From Candidatus Fermentibacterota bacterium (GTDB taxonomy: Bacteria; JAFGKV01): 20,000 nt of DNA. Each line of letters starts with the position of its first letter. Position 1 is the stretch's first letter. Location of the stretch: positions 48,106 through 68,105 of the forward strand of contig JAFGKV010000063.1 in the NCBI GenBank assembly GCA_016928395.1. The letters run 5' to 3'. The notes beneath the pieces were generated by a model. That model made no database searches, was not told the origin of the DNA, and saw nothing but the letters and a program-made list of their open reading frames with translations. Position numbers and translations under genes: made by a program. Positions 7,865-16,942 of this stretch are shown piece after piece.

Positions 7865-10156
7865 CTATGGACCCGTGTAGACTATCCGCTGCGACCGTGT
7901 ACCCCATGGCCCTGATCCCGTGATGACAAACGCCCCGGCAGGCAGTGAGGGAACATACAAGCGCAGCGAAGCGGCCGGCATCCGGCTGGCGGCACGGCCT
8001 AGCACACGCCCCGATAGATCATAGATAGCGGCCTCCTGGATACCCGGAGCAGAAATCGTCAACCTCGGGCTGCCAAGCCATGGGCACGGACCCACTACCA
8101 GTTCAAGGGTGCGGGTCTGAGGCCACACCGCCGCGTCCAGTGCCAAGGTGTCGCATCCTCCTGACTCGTGGTACCGGGCCATGAACTCCTGCAGGAACAA
8201 GTTGGCCACTCGCGGATCGTGGATCACCAGAGTGTTCTCGTCGTTCGATCCTTCCGCGGAGTAGGACCAGTTGTAGCTGCCCGTGATCACTGCCGCATCG
8301 TAGGCGCTGTTGTCCGCGTCGATGAGAAGGTACTTGTGATGCATCGAGGGATACGATCCAAGCAGATGTACGTCGGCTGGCGGATTCCACGCATTGCCGC
8401 CCACGCCGCTCATGGGCCAGTACCTGCTGCTGCTCGTGGCCTGGCCGGCATCGAAGACGCCCGCGACGCGCACGCCATGATAGTCGCGTGCCGCGTGCAA
8501 GGCTTCATCGACTGCTTCATTGGTGAACCCGAAGATGGAAAAGTATAGCCCGCGCGTGGCCTCCCCGATAGCTTCGACCAGATGCGTCACACACCCATCA
8601 CTGGGACTCATATAGAGCTCCGCCGGGTGTGCGCCGATGAGAAACCGGTGGGGCGTATTGTCTCGTTTGCGGGCCCCGAATCGCGCCTCAGTGGGCTCCG
8701 GCAGGGGCCCCGATGATCCCCACATCTCCTCGAACTCGGCCGTGTATGCACCCGCGAGGGCCTGATCTTGAACGAGGACGACGTTCTCCGCGTTGTGATA
8801 GAACCCATTGTACGTGACGTTGGCGCTCCCGGTCCACACGAAATCGTCTGCGGCCGATGACCGGTCGGCGAAATCAAACACGAGGAACTTGTTGTGCATG
8901 TAGGCTGCGCCGTCGTTGACGCCTGCTGTGTCGGCGAGTACCGGGATACCGGCTGCCATCAATCTGAGCATCTCCGTACCGATGTTCTCCGCCTCAGCGA
9001 TAACGCGAACTCGTACACCCCGGTTCTTTGCGACTATCAGGGCGTTGGTGATTTCGGACACCGTGAGGTTGTAGAGACAAGCATCTATGGAGAAAGCGGC
9101 GCCGTTGATGCGGTCCAGAAGCCGCCGCTCAAGAAGGGCGTCGCCATTGGCCTGTTCCATCGTAGCATACTGATGCTCTACCGATTGTGTGAAGAACGCA
9201 GTGATGCCCCCGGTGCAGTCAGGAGCCGACGAGGTGGATGCCGACCACACAGGGCTGCGGTTCTCCCCCTCGGCATTCCAGATCACGGCCTGAAGCCGGT
9301 AGATGGTGGCGGGCTCCAGGCCATGGACTAGCAGCGTATGGGATAGGGCCATGGTCGAATCCGTCACGAAGCCGAGATCTCCCGGATTCAGCACACCATA
9401 GAGAACGCCGGCCCCGGCGGGAACGTCAGTACTCCACTCGACGGTGAATCCGGTGGGAGTGAAGCTCCCCTCGATGGGGTCGGTGATAAACTGCGGCCCT
9501 GCAACGGCCTGGATATCGGAAGAAAATCGCGGCACGAGCTCGTAGGAGTCTACATACGGTAGCGTCAAATCCCACTGGCGCACGACACCCGTGATGTCAT
9601 AGAGCCCAGTCTGGAGAGAGATCCCCGTGTCGGTGTCGATATGCAGCGTGCAAGATCCAGAAGTGTCGGTGATGATGCCCGAGGCGGCGTCATACCAGGC
9701 GAATACCACGCGAACCAGTCGGCTCTCATCTGGCTCGCTGAAGTCGGGGTGGAAGGCGTCGGCGATGGCCGCACAAGTCAGCATACGGGGCTCCGACGGA
9801 GAGCCTGCATGACCGGCGATGGCGACATTGCTGGGGACGATTCGAGTGGTTCCGAAGTACTGGTCAATGGTACCATGGACCACCACGGAGTCTCCCAGGA
9901 CGACCTGGTGGGTGTGATCGCTGCGATAGACCAGAATGCCTCCGGTCGCATCCTCCACGTAGATCTCGGTTCGAATGGCGCTGAACACACCGGTCGGCAC
10001 CGTCACGATGCCGCCGATCTGAACCTGGGCCCCAACGCCATACGGCTCGGCAGGCAGGCCTTGCGCATCGTTGCGGTGGAGATCGCCGATGGGAACGTGC
10101 GCCTCCGTCACGACGACGAGGAGAGCCAGCGTGCCGGCGACGGCGCGGACCGCCAT
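7865..10156 (-). CDS. Secreted phospholipase D-superfamily protein (two HKD motifs) with N-terminal OB-fold-like and FN3-like regions and a C-terminal sorting-like domain
   Basis: MHNKFLVFD...WTGSAN and MHHKYLLID...ITGSYNWS..A..NDEN. N-terminal IYVEDATGGILVY..GDSVVVHGTIDQYFG (OB-like); VEWSTD..HTL..GLEPATIY (FN3-like); C-terminal IYDLSGRVL. Start set at ATG 10156, which gives a signal peptide and a TGATG overlap with the upstream stop. Confidence 0.85.
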   Translation of the reverse strand: MAVRAVAGTLALLVVVTEAHVPIGDLHRNDAQGLPAEPYGVGAQVQIGGIVTVPTGVFSAIRTEIYVEDATGGILVYRSDHTHQVVLGDSVVVHGTIDQYFGTTRIVPSNVAIAGHAGSPSEPRMLTCAAIADAFHPDFSEPDESRLVRVVFAWYDAASGIITDTSGSCTLHIDTDTGISLQTGLYDITGVVRQWDLTLPYVDSYELVPRFSSDIQAVAGPQFITDPIEGSFTPTGFTVEWSTDVPAGAGVLYGVLNPGDLGFVTDSTMALSHTLLVHGLEPATIYRLQAVIWNAEGENRSPVWSASTSSAPDCTGGITAFFTQSVEHQYATMEQANGDALLERRLLDRINGAAFSIDACLYNLTVSEITNALIVAKNRGVRVRVIAEAENIGTEMLRLMAAGIPVLADTAGVNDGAAYMHNKFLVFDFADRSSAADDFVWTGSANVTYNGFYHNAENVVLVQDQALAGAYTAEFEEMWGSSGPLPEPTEARFGARKRDNTPHRFLIGAHPAELYMSPSDGCVTHLVEAIGEATRGLYFSIFGFTNEAVDEALHAARDYHGVRVAGVFDAGQATSSSRYWPMSGVGGNAWNPPADVHLLGSYPSMHHKYLLIDADNSAYDAAVITGSYNWSYSAEGSNDENTLVIHDPRVANLFLQEFMARYHESGGCDTLALDAAVWPQTRTLELVVGPCPWLGSPRLTISAPGIQEAAIYDLSGRVLGRAASRMPAASLRLYVPSLPAGAFVITGSGPWGTRSQRIVYTGP

Positions 10157-10521
10157 CACGCGACCCAGACCCGATGCGGGGCGAGGCGGGCCAGCCCTTC
10201 CAGGCGGGTTCGGGCAATCACCTCCTTGTTCCAGATGAAGACGAATCCACCGATGCCCAGAGGCACCGGGTACCGGCACGTCACCTCGTAGCCAGCGGCG
10301 CGGGGCAAAATGAGAATGGCGCCCGGAGGGACGTTAACTCCCACGTCAGCAGCGATCTCGCGTATCCTATGCTCCAGCTCGTGGGGAGGAACTCTCACGG
10401 CGTTTTGCACATACCCCGAGACCTTGCTGTCGAAATCCATCGAACGCCACAGAGCGCCACCCACCGAAAACACAAGCGCGATTGCCAAAGCGAGCAGTGC
10501 CCATCCGAAAAGCCTTTTCAT
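10156..10521 (-). CDS. Small membrane-anchored protein, single N-terminal TM, pilin-like/DUF4845-like architecture
   Basis: MKRLFGWALLALAIALVFSVGG TM, then a helix and C-terminal beta strands (YEVTCRYPVPL..FVFIW). GGAGG SD; ATGA overlap with the upstream stop. Family assignment is tentative. Confidence 0.65.
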   Translation of the reverse strand: MKRLFGWALLALAIALVFSVGGALWRSMDFDSKVSGYVQNAVRVPPHELEHRIREIAADVGVNVPPGAILILPRAAGYEVTCRYPVPLGIGGFVFIWNKEVIARTRLEGLARLAPHRVWVA

Positions 10522-12242
10522 GGCGTAACCTCCTGGGCCTTGTCGGCCCATGTCACGAATCTCAGATCACCTTCGCGAGGCACTCCCGCCACATGCAGGG
10601 CGCCGTCCAAATACGTATCACCCAATGCAAACCAGAGAGATAGTGTGCCTTCAGGGTCTTGCTCGGCAAGCCGTACGGTGAAACGAAGCAGCCGATTCCC
10701 TGACTTCATGACCGGGGCGAAATAAAACCGGTGATATCGCCTTGGCACAACCAGCTTCGATGGTACCGTGACGTCCCTAAGAACCCGGCTCGAAGCCTCA
10801 TCGCGGAGAGTCATCACGATATCTGAGGCAGCCACCGTGCGACCCTCGAACACCAGATCCACAGCCCGCAGGCCCGGATGCGTACAATGAAATGTCTGCC
10901 CGACCTCAGCCCCGTGGGACAGCGTCTCCAGAACAATGCGGTCCGCAGAGCACTGGTGCGCATCCATCAGCAGTTCATCGGGCCACTCCGCGGGCCGGTA
11001 GTCCCCATGCAGTTGGCAGAGGGATACCACGTTGGATCCAACCAGCGCGATGGGTATCACAACCCCGAGACCAGGCAGGGGAAGCACGCCGATTCCGCGG
11101 GCCACGAGCAGGGAGATAACCCCTGCGAACGGGAAGAGGAACCTCCCCTGCACCTGGTGTGATGAAGAAAGAGTCAGCATCCAGCCGAGTACCGCGGCGA
11201 TGAGCATGGGCCACAGAGACAACCACTGCCGGCCTGCGGCATGCGAACGCGCCATCCATCCCAGGGTGGCCAACACCAGTATCACGAGCCAGACTATCTT
11301 CACCGCTGTTGCCGGCTCGATATCCATCCATCCGAAGCGAGCCCAGTATGAAGAGAAAAGGTCAGGGATCGCGGACAGATAGTCCTTGGAGAGCGTGTCA
11401 GGCAGCACTGCAATCCGCCCGATGAAGCCTCGCTGATCAACCCAGGCATGCCACCGGTGCAGAAGAACACCGGGTGCGGCCACGGCCGCCACACCCACGA
11501 CAAACATGCCCAGAGCGCGTCCTGGTCGCCGTGGGCGAGCCGCAACCATGAGCAGAGGCGCACCGGCAAGATAGGGCGCCAGATTGAGCTTGACTCCGAA
11601 GCCGAGCACGGCCAAAGCTCCGGCAGCGCAAGCCCAGACACCACCGGCGGCGCCGGCGTGCACCGCCAGTGCGAGAACAAGACTCCCCATCACGAGCGCA
11701 AGAGTGTCATTGGTGACGCTGCTAGCGATGAACAACACTTGGGGAGTAAGCAGTGAGAGCCCTGTCGCCAGTATGACCTGGCTTTGCGTTCCCCCCAGCA
11801 TCCGCGCCGTGAGGAACACGAGCACGCCCGATCCCATGGCGCAGGCAAGCCCGAGCAGCCTGAGCAGTGTCGCATGAAGAGGAGGATCAGAGGGCGCATC
11901 CAGCGTGAATCGCCGTGAACGTTCGACACAGCCCACGAACCGGGCAGGGCTGATGCTCCACTCGATGTCAGGGAGACGGCGCACAACCCATGTCGCCAGC
12001 CAGTAGTAGAACGGCGGCTGGACGGCCTCGTAGGTGACCACATTGGGAAACACGGGAGCACTGGCTACCGGCGGTGTCCGACCGAATCTCGCCTCATACA
12101 CGATCCGCGCCATATGACTTGGCTCATCGGGCTTTTCTCCAAACGGGACCACCATCGCGTAGCCCACGCCCAGCCCTAGGGCCGCAGCCACCAGCAGGGT
12201 GAGGCCGATCACAGAATGATCCCGGGGAATGCGTCTGGCCAC
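10518..12242 (-). CDS. Polytopic GT-C-fold glycosyltransferase (ArnT/PMT/DUF2142-like) with soluble C-terminal beta domain
   Basis: VPFGEKPDEPSH first-loop motif, QPPFYY, LRL, SSVTND, VKLN, SYWARFGW and QGRFLFP; many TM helices. Confidence 0.75.
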   Translation of the reverse strand: MARRIPRDHSVIGLTLLVAAALGLGVGYAMVVPFGEKPDEPSHMARIVYEARFGRTPPVASAPVFPNVVTYEAVQPPFYYWLATWVVRRLPDIEWSISPARFVGCVERSRRFTLDAPSDPPLHATLLRLLGLACAMGSGVLVFLTARMLGGTQSQVILATGLSLLTPQVLFIASSVTNDTLALVMGSLVLALAVHAGAAGGVWACAAGALAVLGFGVKLNLAPYLAGAPLLMVAARPRRPGRALGMFVVGVAAVAAPGVLLHRWHAWVDQRGFIGRIAVLPDTLSKDYLSAIPDLFSSYWARFGWMDIEPATAVKIVWLVILVLATLGWMARSHAAGRQWLSLWPMLIAAVLGWMLTLSSSHQVQGRFLFPFAGVISLLVARGIGVLPLPGLGVVIPIALVGSNVVSLCQLHGDYRPAEWPDELLMDAHQCSADRIVLETLSHGAEVGQTFHCTHPGLRAVDLVFEGRTVAASDIVMTLRDEASSRVLRDVTVPSKLVVPRRYHRFYFAPVMKSGNRLLRFTVRLAEQDPEGTLSLWFALGDTYLDGALHVAGVPREGDLRFVTWADKAQEVTP

Positions 12243-12471
12243 TCTGGTCTCAGGTGTGGGGATGGGAAGGGCGAATCCGGCTCACACACAGAGCATCCAG
12301 CCCAAAGAAAGGGGCGAGGGTCAGAATCAGGGGTTGTATCAGGAACGTGCACTCGTGTCCGTGCGCCTCTTCACCGTGTGGCTCGCTCGGCGTTCCAGCC
12401 GCCTGCTTCGCATATGCGGCGGCCCGTCGACACACCCGACCACCATTCCATGCACTCATCGTTGCGTTTTC

Positions 12472-13548
12472 CTACTTCCGTACCTTCGCAAGGACCACAA
12501 GCCCGGCCGCAAGAAACACGATATCGGGCAGCCATGCCGCCACAACAGGCGGGAGACTCTGGTGATGGCCCATGGCCTGACATGCCCGGACGCTCCCGAA
12601 AAACGCGAAGCTGATGGCAATAGAGATACCAAAACTCAACGCCAGGCCCGAGCGTCGGGGTGTCGAAGCCAACGGCGCGCCGATGAGTACCATGAGGAGA
12701 TTGGCCAAAGGAAAACTGAATCGGATGTGAAGCTCAACCTGCTGCTTTGCCGTAGGCAGACCCGAGCGACTTAGAGTGCGGATCAGGCGTCTCAGATCGG
12801 CAACGCCCAGCTCTTCCGGCTGCCTGGGTTTCCTGAGCAACTCCTCGGGCGAGGCCGAGAGCCCGGTCGATCGAAAGGTGACAAAAGGAGCGACATGCTC
12901 CCTGATCGGCGTGAAGACCCGCAGGTACCCGTGGCCCCAGTTCCATGATCCATCCCGGAACTGGGCATTGCCCGCATCCAACCGCCAGGCAACAACCCCA
13001 TCCTTCTCGGCAACGACGCCCATCCTCTCAGCCACTCCCCGCTCGGGATACAGCACGCCCAGATGATAGATTAGGCCGTCGCTTTGATGCACCAGGCTCC
13101 GCTCCGGCTCCGTCCCCAAGGCGGGCCGGTGTTCAATCTCGAATCGTCTAATGCGCCGGGCCCTGGCGTTGGTCTCCGGAAGGAGCCAGCCTCCCCCGAG
13201 GACAACCAGAAGGCTCAGCAGTATTCCGATCGCCCACAGGGGGAGCAGAAGCCGGTACAGGCTGACCCCGCTTGTCTTCATGGCAACCAGTTCGTTGTTC
13301 CTGGCCAATGATCCAACCGCCAGCATGGATGCAAGTAGCGTGGACATGGGCAGCGTCAGGATTATGATGTAGGGGCAGAGGTTCACATAGTAGAGAACGA
13401 CGCGGTCAAGGGGTGCATCTCGATCGATGAACGTGTCGATATTGTCGAAGATATCCACCAGGAGGTACACAAAGACGAACCCCGCCAGCGTAATGGCGAG
13501 CACCCGCAGGAACTCCCTCCCGATGTATCGGTCGAAGACGGTACTCAT
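12472..13548 (-). CDS. lptG: LPS export ABC transporter permease LptG (YjgP/YjgQ family)
   Basis: FDRYIGREF, LARNNELVAMKTSGVS, RFSFPLANLLMVLIGAPL and LPPVVAAWLPDIVF. Start reassigned to ATG 13548, 7 nt after the lptF stop. Confidence 0.88.
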   Translation of the reverse strand: MSTVFDRYIGREFLRVLAITLAGFVFVYLLVDIFDNIDTFIDRDAPLDRVVLYYVNLCPYIIILTLPMSTLLASMLAVGSLARNNELVAMKTSGVSLYRLLLPLWAIGILLSLLVVLGGGWLLPETNARARRIRRFEIEHRPALGTEPERSLVHQSDGLIYHLGVLYPERGVAERMGVVAEKDGVVAWRLDAGNAQFRDGSWNWGHGYLRVFTPIREHVAPFVTFRSTGLSASPEELLRKPRQPEELGVADLRRLIRTLSRSGLPTAKQQVELHIRFSFPLANLLMVLIGAPLASTPRRSGLALSFGISIAISFAFFGSVRACQAMGHHQSLPPVVAAWLPDIVFLAAGLVVLAKVRK

Positions 13549-13555
13549 GCCGCCG

Positions 13556-14887
13556 TCAACTGGCCTTCTTCGAGTCGATTGCGGGAAGACGAAGCCTTGG
13601 GCGCCACTCCAGCATGACCACACCGACAAGATACAAGCCCACCGAGCCGACGATGGCATTGGCTGCCCACATGGCCACCGCAGGAGAGATGAAGCGTCGA
13701 TCAGCGAGTTCCTCGCCGCCGATGAGGAATACGTAGTATACCACGAAGAAGATGAGACTCATGCCGAACCCCGTGCCCAGACCGCCGCGCCGCGTGATAA
13801 CACCTATGGGCGCGCCGATTACCACGAACACCAGGCATGACACCGCGACACTAAACTTCTTCTGGATCTCCACGGCATAGCGACTGACATCCCTCTCCTT
13901 GTATTCGATGGTCTGCACTTCGTTCTGCAGCTTCATGGACATCCGAAGTTCGGCTGGGCCTCCCCATGCTGGTTCGGCATGCACCGTTCCCGTCATCGGC
14001 CACAGCGGGCCCAGCGTGAAACTCAGGCGACTGTCCACCATATCAGTGATACGGCCGGTAAGCCCGTTGATCTCCTCGCGGAATCCTGCGATACGCTGTC
14101 GTATCTCTCGAGTCGTCATCTCCCGGTCGCTCTTGTAGCTGCGCTGCCGCTGCTCTAGCTGCAAATGGAGCCCGGCCAGGTTGAGGCTTGTCGTCTGAAA
14201 CTGAAGGCGCAGATACCGGTCAGGAGTGGTCGGATCGATCTGGTGCATCTCTCCCTCATAGAGGTGCAGGGTGAGCATGTCCTCATCTGGTCGCGACTCC
14301 AGCCGCCCGCGCTGGGCCAGGATGGTGCGGGGGCCTTCGTCCCCCTTGGCATCCTCGTACACCGTCACCCCGTGCAGGAGCCCTGTCTTTTCATCTTCCG
14401 AACGAATCAGAATGTGGTAGCCGGGAAAGTCATTGATGAATACCCCTGCCCGTATGTGCACCGCCGGCTTCTTGCGGCTGATGTCTGCGTACAGTGCCGC
14501 ATACTCATGGTTCACCTGGGGCAGAATGACGTTGTTGAAGTACATCATGGCGGCAGAAAGAAGCCCGGCCGCCACCAGAGCCGGAAAGAGGAGACGCCCC
14601 AAGCTGATGCCGCTGGTCTGTACCGCTACTGTCTCATTGTCGGCGCTCAACCTGCCGAACGCCATCAGCGTCGCCACCAAAGTCGACATGGGCACGGTGA
14701 GCGCGAAGGTAAACGGCAGCATGAGGAATAGGAGCTTGGCCACGGCCCACAACGGCACGCCGCGCCCCAGCAGCATGTCGAACACCTTGAGGAGGTGGTT
14801 CATGATCAAGATGAACGTCAAAACCGTGAGGGCGCCCACAAAGGGCAATGCAAGCTCCTTTAGGACATAGCGGCTGAGAACGCGCAT
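13556..14887 (-). CDS. lptF: LPS export ABC transporter permease LptF (YjgP/YjgQ family)
   Basis: LSRYVLKEL, FGRLSADNETVAVQTSGIS, GVF..FPGY, VEIQKKFS..CLVFVVIGAPIG and AMWAAN. Start reassigned to ATG 14887, 2 nt after the upstream stop. Confidence 0.88.
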   Translation of the reverse strand: MRVLSRYVLKELALPFVGALTVLTFILIMNHLLKVFDMLLGRGVPLWAVAKLLFLMLPFTFALTVPMSTLVATLMAFGRLSADNETVAVQTSGISLGRLLFPALVAAGLLSAAMMYFNNVILPQVNHEYAALYADISRKKPAVHIRAGVFINDFPGYHILIRSEDEKTGLLHGVTVYEDAKGDEGPRTILAQRGRLESRPDEDMLTLHLYEGEMHQIDPTTPDRYLRLQFQTTSLNLAGLHLQLEQRQRSYKSDREMTTREIRQRIAGFREEINGLTGRITDMVDSRLSFTLGPLWPMTGTVHAEPAWGGPAELRMSMKLQNEVQTIEYKERDVSRYAVEIQKKFSVAVSCLVFVVIGAPIGVITRRGGLGTGFGMSLIFFVVYYVFLIGGEELADRRFISPAVAMWAANAIVGSVGLYLVGVVMLEWRPRLRLPAIDSKKAS

Positions 14888-14889
14888 AC

Positions 14890-15954
14890 TTACGGGAGGG
14901 TAATGAGGCGATAGGCGCGAGATCCGAGACCTATTGCCTCTGCGTGGAGGAGTTGAACGGTCGGATCGATCTGCCGGTAGCCCCACTCTTGTAGCGGCCT
15001 GCCGGTGCGCTCCTTGATGAGATCCAGAGCGGCCTGGTCGATGGCCACCGGATCGCGGGAGGCCAAAAGCCCGATGTCGCCAAAAAGCGGAGGTCCGGGG
15101 TCCTCGATGCAGTCACAGTCCTTGGTGATTCGCAGGGCGATGACGACATAGCCGAATCGTGCTTCTCGGCCAAAAACCACCGCCAGCGCATGTTCGGCAA
15201 TCTTCTGCTGCAGGGCTTGGGACGAGGCCTTCCAGTCAAACCCAACGGCGCCGAACCGGCACACGGCCAAGCACTCCCCGCATCCGATGCAGCGAGCCTG
15301 GTCGATGCTCGCCCGTTCTGTCACAGTGATGGCATCCTCCGGGCACCACAGGGCGCATTCTCCGCACGCGGTACAGACCTTCGCTCGGATGAACGGCTTG
15401 GACACCGAGTGCATGGCCAGTTTGCCCTTGCGCGCCGCGAGCCCCATGCCCAGGCTCTTGATGACGCCGCCGAATCCCGTGGCGAGGTGGCCGGTGGCAT
15501 GCGCGATGACGAGAACGCCGTGGGCTCTCCTTGCCATGCCGGCCACCGCGATGGGCGCGGGTCCCACTGCGGGCACGGCGACGGGTTCTTCGTCGGTGCC
15601 AAGCAAACCGTCAGCCACCAAGAATGGCGCCCCCGCCCTTTCCACCGAGTACCCGTGCTCGTGGGCGAGGATGGTGTGGTTCACCGCGTCGTCCCTGCGG
15701 GACTTGTACAGGACGCAGGTGTCCGTGAAAAACGGGTGCGCCCCCCTGGCATGGGTCTCGCTGGCGCACTCAGCCGCCAGTTCCTGACCCAGAAACTGTC
15801 GCTTCCGCGTCTCTCCGATATGCACCTTGATGCCCACCAGGTCTCCATGCCCGAGGCGGGAGAGGATGCCTGACGCGCCAAGCAGAGCTCGCATACGCTC
15901 TTGACACCCCTGCGGATCATCGGCAGTCGCGGGGATGAACCATACGTCGCTCAC
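14890..15954 (-). CDS. DUF362-family Fe-S protein with inserted 2x[4Fe-4S] ferredoxin domain
   Basis: VGIKVHIGE, PFFTDTCVLY, ADGLLG, HATGH..GFGGVIKSLGMG, CTACGECALWCP, CIGCGECLAVC, DCDC and DIGLLASRDPVAIDQA. GTG start with AAGGAGGT SD. Confidence 0.9.
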   Translation of the reverse strand: MSDVWFIPATADDPQGCQERMRALLGASGILSRLGHGDLVGIKVHIGETRKRQFLGQELAAECASETHARGAHPFFTDTCVLYKSRRDDAVNHTILAHEHGYSVERAGAPFLVADGLLGTDEEPVAVPAVGPAPIAVAGMARRAHGVLVIAHATGHLATGFGGVIKSLGMGLAARKGKLAMHSVSKPFIRAKVCTACGECALWCPEDAITVTERASIDQARCIGCGECLAVCRFGAVGFDWKASSQALQQKIAEHALAVVFGREARFGYVVIALRITKDCDCIEDPGPPLFGDIGLLASRDPVAIDQAALDLIKERTGRPLQEWGYRQIDPTVQLLHAEAIGLGSRAYRLITLP

Positions 15955-16018
15955 GACGGCACCTCCTTTCCCGGTAAGAGCAACGCAGCATGCCGTGCGC
16001 TGTCAAGAACGCCGCGCA

Positions 16019-16046
16019 TTGCCGTCGCCGCCTCGACCGGTATCTT
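16019..16046 (+). promoter_or_regulatory. Possible sigma70 promoter TTGCCG-16-TATCTT for the TRAP operon
   Basis: Partial -35/-10 matches in the divergent intergenic region, 50 nt upstream of the 16097 start. Confidence 0.4.
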
Positions 16047-16096
16047 GGTTTGGTTCTCACCGCAGTGTTCGTGGGTGGCTAACGTAGGAGAGAATC

Positions 16097-16942
16097 ATGC
16101 GAATGTGGCCCCTTGGCTTGGCAGTGTGCGTGGGCTGCGCCGCGCCGGTCGGCATGACTATGCGCAGCATGATCCCCGTTTTGGAGGAGATGGAAGCGGC
16201 GGTCTCCGAAACCGACGACCTGGAGATCGTGAGGCGGGGTTTGCCCAGCGGCATGCTCCTGGTGGAAGGGCTTGTTCGACGGGAGCCGCGCAATGCCCGG
16301 GTACGTCTCCTGGCGGCAAAGCTGTATTCTGGCTATGCATTGGCGTTCACGGAGCACGACGATCCATGGGCGAAATCGTTGTATGAGAAGGCCAGAGATC
16401 ATGGCCTGGCCGGGCTTCGCTACGGGTCAACTCTCCGGGCCGGCACGTTCGCCCAGGCTGAAAACGCCGTCCTCAGGCTAGGCAAGGGTGATGTGCCGCT
16501 GCTGTTCTGGACCGCGCAGGCCTGGGCCTCGGTCATCCAGATGGGCCTTGACGACCCGAGGAACCAAGCGGATCTCGCCCGCGTAGAATCCATGATGGAA
16601 CGGGTGCTGGTCTTGGACGAGCAGTTCTATTATGGAGGAGCGCATCTGTTCAAGGGAGTCCTTCTGGGGGCGAAACCGCCGCCCGCCGGAGGAGACCCGG
16701 CGGCGGGCATCGCGGCCATGGAACGCGCGTTCGAGATCTCGGGAGGTCACTCGCTCCTCCCGCTCTATTTCCAGGCGAGCCTGCAGGCTGCAATACCGGG
16801 CATGGAAGACGATGCGCGGCGAACCATCAGGAGAATCCTCGGGGACCAAGGGTCTCACCCCTGCGAGTTGAACCTGACCAATGCCATCGCGGCGTTTAAG
16901 GCGAAATCTTTACTCCAGATGCTGCAAGAGGAAGAGGAATGA
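16097..16942 (+). CDS. TRAP transporter TatT (T-component) lipoprotein of a TPAT system
   Basis: Short signal with CVGC lipobox-like motif; ETDDLEIV..GLP, LYSGYALAF, A..LYEKARDHG, DVPLLFWTA.AWA, LDEQFYYGGAHLFKG and GGDP. Located immediately before dctP; AGGAG SD. Confidence 0.85.
   Translation: MRMWPLGLAVCVGCAAPVGMTMRSMIPVLEEMEAAVSETDDLEIVRRGLPSGMLLVEGLVRREPRNARVRLLAAKLYSGYALAFTEHDDPWAKSLYEKARDHGLAGLRYGSTLRAGTFAQAENAVLRLGKGDVPLLFWTAQAWASVIQMGLDDPRNQADLARVESMMERVLVLDEQFYYGGAHLFKGVLLGAKPPPAGGDPAAGIAAMERAFEISGGHSLLPLYFQASLQAAIPGMEDDARRTIRRILGDQGSHPCELNLTNAIAAFKAKSLLQMLQEEEE

Noticed and set aside
12250..12459. 69-aa minus-strand ORF filling the gap between lptG and the GT-C gene
   Set aside because: It fits the gap but has no recognisable motif and only a weak SD, so it cannot be supported without homologues.
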